DNA of 63,661 nucleotides, counting the filler, from Thraustochytrium aureum (lineage: Eukaryota): NCBI GenBank assembly GCA_012862495.1. It is 5 parts of 2 records of this genome, joined end to end, with 100 filler letters (N's around TTAATTAATTAA, not from the genome) between each part and the next. Parts side by side here need not be neighbours in the genome. Positions count along the whole stretch, not along the records: positions 52,131 to 62,112 come from BLSG01000219.1; positions 62,213 to 63,661 come from BLSG01000233.1; 3 more parts are not named here. One strand, given 5' to 3'. Below the pieces are notes generated by a model. That model searched no databases. It was not told the origin of the DNA and saw only the letters and a program-made list of their open reading frames with translations. Each line of letters begins with the position of its first letter. The first letter of the stretch is position 1. This document shows, one piece after another, positions 60,240 through 63,661 of the stretch. Position numbers and translations under genes: made by a program.

Positions 60240-61936
60240 ATGGTCAACATCGACATCAGGCAGGCGCCCCGATGCAGCAAGTATCAGTACAACCAAGAGT
60301 CGGAGACCGCCATGCTTGTTTCCGTCAAAGGCACTGACACCAAGAACTTTGACCGCAAGCCGCTTGACATCGTGGTCGTGCTGGACCAAAGCGGGAGCAT
60401 GGAAGGAGAGCCGCTCGATCTGTGCAAGACTGCGGCCAACTTCGTTGTCAAGGAACTGACAGGGAACGACCGGCTCGGGATAGTGACGTACGACTCGAGA
60501 GTCCATGAGCGCATGTCGCTTACGCAGATGAGCAGCGCTGGAAAAGCAGCTGCCGCAACTGCGATCGACCGCATCAATGCAGGGTCAAAGACCAACCTAT
60601 CTGGTGGTGTCTTGCAAGGACTTGACGTCCTAAACCGAGAGCGGTCAAGCAGCGAGGAGGAAGCCAAGGGCGCTTCCCGTGCTCGGGCGCTGCTGGTCCT
60701 CACGGACGGGCACGCAAACGTCGGAGCCAGGGGCCAAGACCTCCTCGACGCTGTCGTTGAGGGCTTGGACCAGTGCGGTGGAGACGTCCGGCTCCACACG
60801 TTTGGTTATGGCTCCGAACACAACTCTGGAATACTCGAGGCTCTCGCAACGTCTGGCAACGGGTCGTACTTCTTCGTGGAAAGCGCAGACCACATTCCTG
60901 TTGCGATCGCCACCTGCCTTGGCGGGCTCTGCTCCACGGTCGCCACTTCCATCAAGCTACGCATGCACGGTGTCCCTGGCAGGTCAGAGCTGCTTCGCGT
61001 TGCGACGCCTTTTCCGTCTCGCATGGTTGAAAAGAATGGCATCGAGGTCGAGATTCCAGACGTGTACCGTGGCGAGGAAAAGAACATCCTCGTTTACGCG
61101 CGCCTGCCTGCGCAAGCCACTTGGGACGAGGACGGCAGCGGCTCCCCTATCGCAAGCATCGACGCCGAATACATCGACTGTGAGACGTCAGCGCCCTGCA
61201 CAAATTCGCTCGTTGTGGCAGTTGGGCGGCAAAAGACGGTGACCGAGGCCGAAATCCACGACTGCACCAACCCGCTGTCTTGGTGCAGGAGTATCGATGC
61301 TATGCCGTTCCCAGATGGATTCGCTAAGCACAAGCTGAGAACGGCGAGTTTGCTGAGGCCGAGCAAGTCCTTGCAGAGACGCTTCAAGCCTTGCGCGAGG
61401 CAGACGTAGCGTCGCCAGAGCATCCTCAGCTCCTGCCCTTGCTTATTGCCGACATCGAGGAAACCAGCAAGTGCGTCGGCGACCAAGCGTCCTGGCCTGC
61501 GACGGGTGAGAAGGTTTTTCGCAACCGCTTGGCCGAGAATTCATTCGAACGGTGCAACCGCACCTCGTCGACGCAAACCTCCGCCTATCGCACCACCAAG
61601 CAAGCCGAGGCGCAGAGCAAGGCAGATGACGCAGTTCTGGCTCGAGTAAAGAGGCTGAGGTATCGAAACAGCGACGTAGACCCGAAATGTGAGGATGCTG
61701 TGATGCATGAAATGACAAGGCGGTTGGGAGGTGCCCTCCGGCTGCGGAGTAGTTCAACTCGGGAAGGCGGTCTCGCTGAAGCGCAAACGCCAGCCTCGCC
61801 GGCGGAGAGCGCCAGGGCGTCTCTGCGTTCGGTGGCGTCCAGGAGGGAAGTCACCCGACCTCAAACGCAATCGCAAGGACCCTCGTGGCTGAAAGCCAGA
61901 GAGCAGTTGCGTCCCACAGGCACCATCGGCGGCTAG
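60240..61936 (+). CDS. von Willebrand factor A domain protein with a helical C-terminal domain; frameshifts at 61270-61330
   Basis: PLDIVVVLDQSGSM (MIDAS), DRLGIVTYD, TNLSGG, LVLTDG and LHTFGYG. The shifted frame AQAENGEFAEAEQVL continues into ORF 61391..61936. Confidence 0.78.
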
Positions 61937-62112
61937 ACAGCCCCAGCTTCCGCACTGCGGGCGCTTCATCCAGCCGCGCGTGATGGCGGATGACTGAAAC
62001 ATTCTAAGAACGAGAATTTTGCTACCCCCTGTCGCTCATGATGTTGGCGCCCGCTCGAGAGCTCGAGGGTCTGTCAGCTCTTCGCCATGCCGCTGGGGTG
62101 ATGCCCGCAGCG

Positions 62113-62212
62113 NNNNNNNNNNNNNNNNNNNNNNNNNNNNNNNNNNNNNNNNNNNNTTAATTAATTAANNNNNNNNNNNNNNNNNNNNNNNNNNNNNNNN
62201 NNNNNNNNNNNN
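62113..62212. other. Artificial scaffold linker N44-TTAATTAATTAA-N44
   Basis: Same 100-nt linker. Confidence 0.97.
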
Positions 62213-63337
62213 GCGGTCGTGAAGCGCATGATGCAGATCGCCAAGGCAGAGGGGATGGCCGTCGAGCCCAACGCCATGCTGCAGCTCGTGACCGCGCAGC
62301 AAGGCGACGTGCGCCAGGTCCTCGGCGCGCTGCAGATGTGGAAGCGCAGCACGGTCTCGATGAGCTTTGACGACTGGCAGGCGCGTCGAGGGCAAATCAG
62401 CAAGGACGAGCAGTTTATGCTGAGCAACTTTGACGCCTGCAAGTTTATCTTCAACGAGTCGTCGCGCCCGAACCAGCTCGAGTACCGGTACAACGCCTTC
62501 TTCATCGACTACGACCTGATCCCGCTCATGATCCAGGACAACTACATCGCTGCCGCGCGGGCGAGCCGCGAAAGCGACGAGCACAAAATGCTGCAGATCC
62601 TCTCCGCGGGCGCAGACGCTACGTGCGACGCTGACATCGTGAGCAAGTGTGTGCGGGGCGGGCAGAACTGGAGCCTCCTCCCGCAGGTAGCGATGCTCAA
62701 CGTGCGTGTCGCCAGCGAGGTGCGTGGCTCGATTGCGTTCCCCGGGTTTCCGCAGTGGCTTGGCAAAAACTCTTCGCGGGGCAAGAAGGCCCGCCTCCTC
62801 AGCGAGACTGCCATGCACATGCGGCAGCGCACAATGGTCAACACGAAGACGCTCCGTCTGGACTACATGAGCACGTTGCGGGACGCCATGCTGCAGCCGC
62901 TGCTTTCGGGCGACAAGGACCGCATCGACGAGACCATCACGCTCATGGACGATTATGGGCTTGGTCGCGACGACGTTTTTGAGACGATGCAGGAGGTGCG
63001 CTTCGGCTCGGCCAACCCGTTCGACAAGATCGACTCGCGCGTCAAAGCGGCTTTTACGCGCGAGTACAACAAGCGCTCCCACACCGCGCAGGCTCTCGTC
63101 GAGGAGGTCGGCGTCGTGGGGCTCAAGCGCAAGCGGTCCAAGAAGGCTGCCGCTGGTGCGGATGATGATGGCTCTGAGGGCGGAGAAGGAGAGGAAGGTG
63201 AGGGGGAAGACGAGGACGAGATGAGCGACCTCCTCGAGCTCCAGAAGAAGGCCAAAAAGCCCAAGACGAAGGCCCCCGCCGCCGGCAAAGCGAAGGCTGC
63301 CCCTGGCAAAGCAAAAGCCAAGCGCGCCAAGTCGTGA
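62213..63337 (+). CDS. RFC1: Replication factor C subunit 1, C-terminal part (5' partial)
   Basis: GDVRQVL..LQMW, FFIDYDLIPLMIQDNY, QNWSLLP, FPQWLGKNS and VKAAFTREYNK, followed by an acidic then Lys-rich tail. Confidence 0.93.
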   Translation, partial: AVVKRMMQIAKAEGMAVEPNAMLQLVTAQQGDVRQVLGALQMWKRSTVSMSFDDWQARRGQISKDEQFMLSNFDACKFIFNESSRPNQLEYRYNAFFIDYDLIPLMIQDNYIAAARASRESDEHKMLQILSAGADATCDADIVSKCVRGGQNWSLLPQVAMLNVRVASEVRGSIAFPGFPQWLGKNSSRGKKARLLSETAMHMRQRTMVNTKTLRLDYMSTLRDAMLQPLLSGDKDRIDETITLMDDYGLGRDDVFETMQEVRFGSANPFDKIDSRVKAAFTREYNKRSHTAQALVEEVGVVGLKRKRSKKAAAGADDDGSEGGEGEEGEGEDEDEMSDLLELQKKAKKPKTKAPAAGKAKAAPGKAKAKRAKS

Positions 63338-63661
63338 TCTCGCAAACCAACGGGTTCGTCCGTCCACAGCGCGAACAGCGTGCTCAGCCCGGCTCAGCTG
63401 CGAGTAGAGGAAAGAAAGGGATGAACCAAATTGTTGTTCTCGATCAAAATCAATAAACCAAGGACGCTCTGCTCGAGCAGGCTCATTGCACAACAAATGC
63501 AGACACTCCGTACTCTCTAAGCTAGGACGAAACGCAACGGCAAGCACAATATAAGCGCCCGAAGGAGACGCTGCCCGCAACCCCTTCCCGCCACACACCA
63601 CGCCAAAACCCACACTCGCCGGTCGTTTGGACGAGTCAAGAAAACAACCTCACAGAGCAGG

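Overview
This is a draft eukaryotic assembly from a GC-rich, gene-dense, intron-poor protist. Short GTAAGT..GCTRAC..YAG introns, several cilium-type genes and a class C GPCR suggest a flagellate-stage stramenopile such as a thraustochytrid; this is inference only. The window is not one locus. Four artificial N44-TTAATTAATTAA-N44 linkers join five scaffolds: 1-25120, 25221-33339, 33440-52030, 52131-62112 and 62213-63661. Many genes are split by single-base indels in homopolymer runs, so the ORF track fragments them. About 22 genes can be reconstructed: a tandem-repeat fibre protein, glyoxalase II, a double GH114+CUB enzyme, TFIIF-alpha, WDR54-, FAM221- and WD40/EF-hand proteins, old yellow enzyme, a class C GPCR, YhhN, Sec14, ferroportin, a mitochondrial carrier, a giant IQ/ANK/WW/Tudor/EF protein, a methyltransferase-like protein, a USP, an ABC1 kinase, a crotonase, a QNG1-like protein, a LamG/Sel1 protein, a vWA protein, RFC1 and two hypotheticals. 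The most interesting signals are: (1) a eukaryotic 44/50-aa His-containing beta-repeat fibre whose frameshift-hidden C-terminus resembles the phage P22 gp26 tail-needle tip; (2) recurrent intergenic TpA-rich patches of GAGTA/TACTC-type palindromes; (3) a ferroportin with a duplicated HxHDxGxxHxHD metal-binding module; (4) a secreted tandem GH114-GH114-CUB enzyme. All family assignments come from motif recognition; no searches were run.
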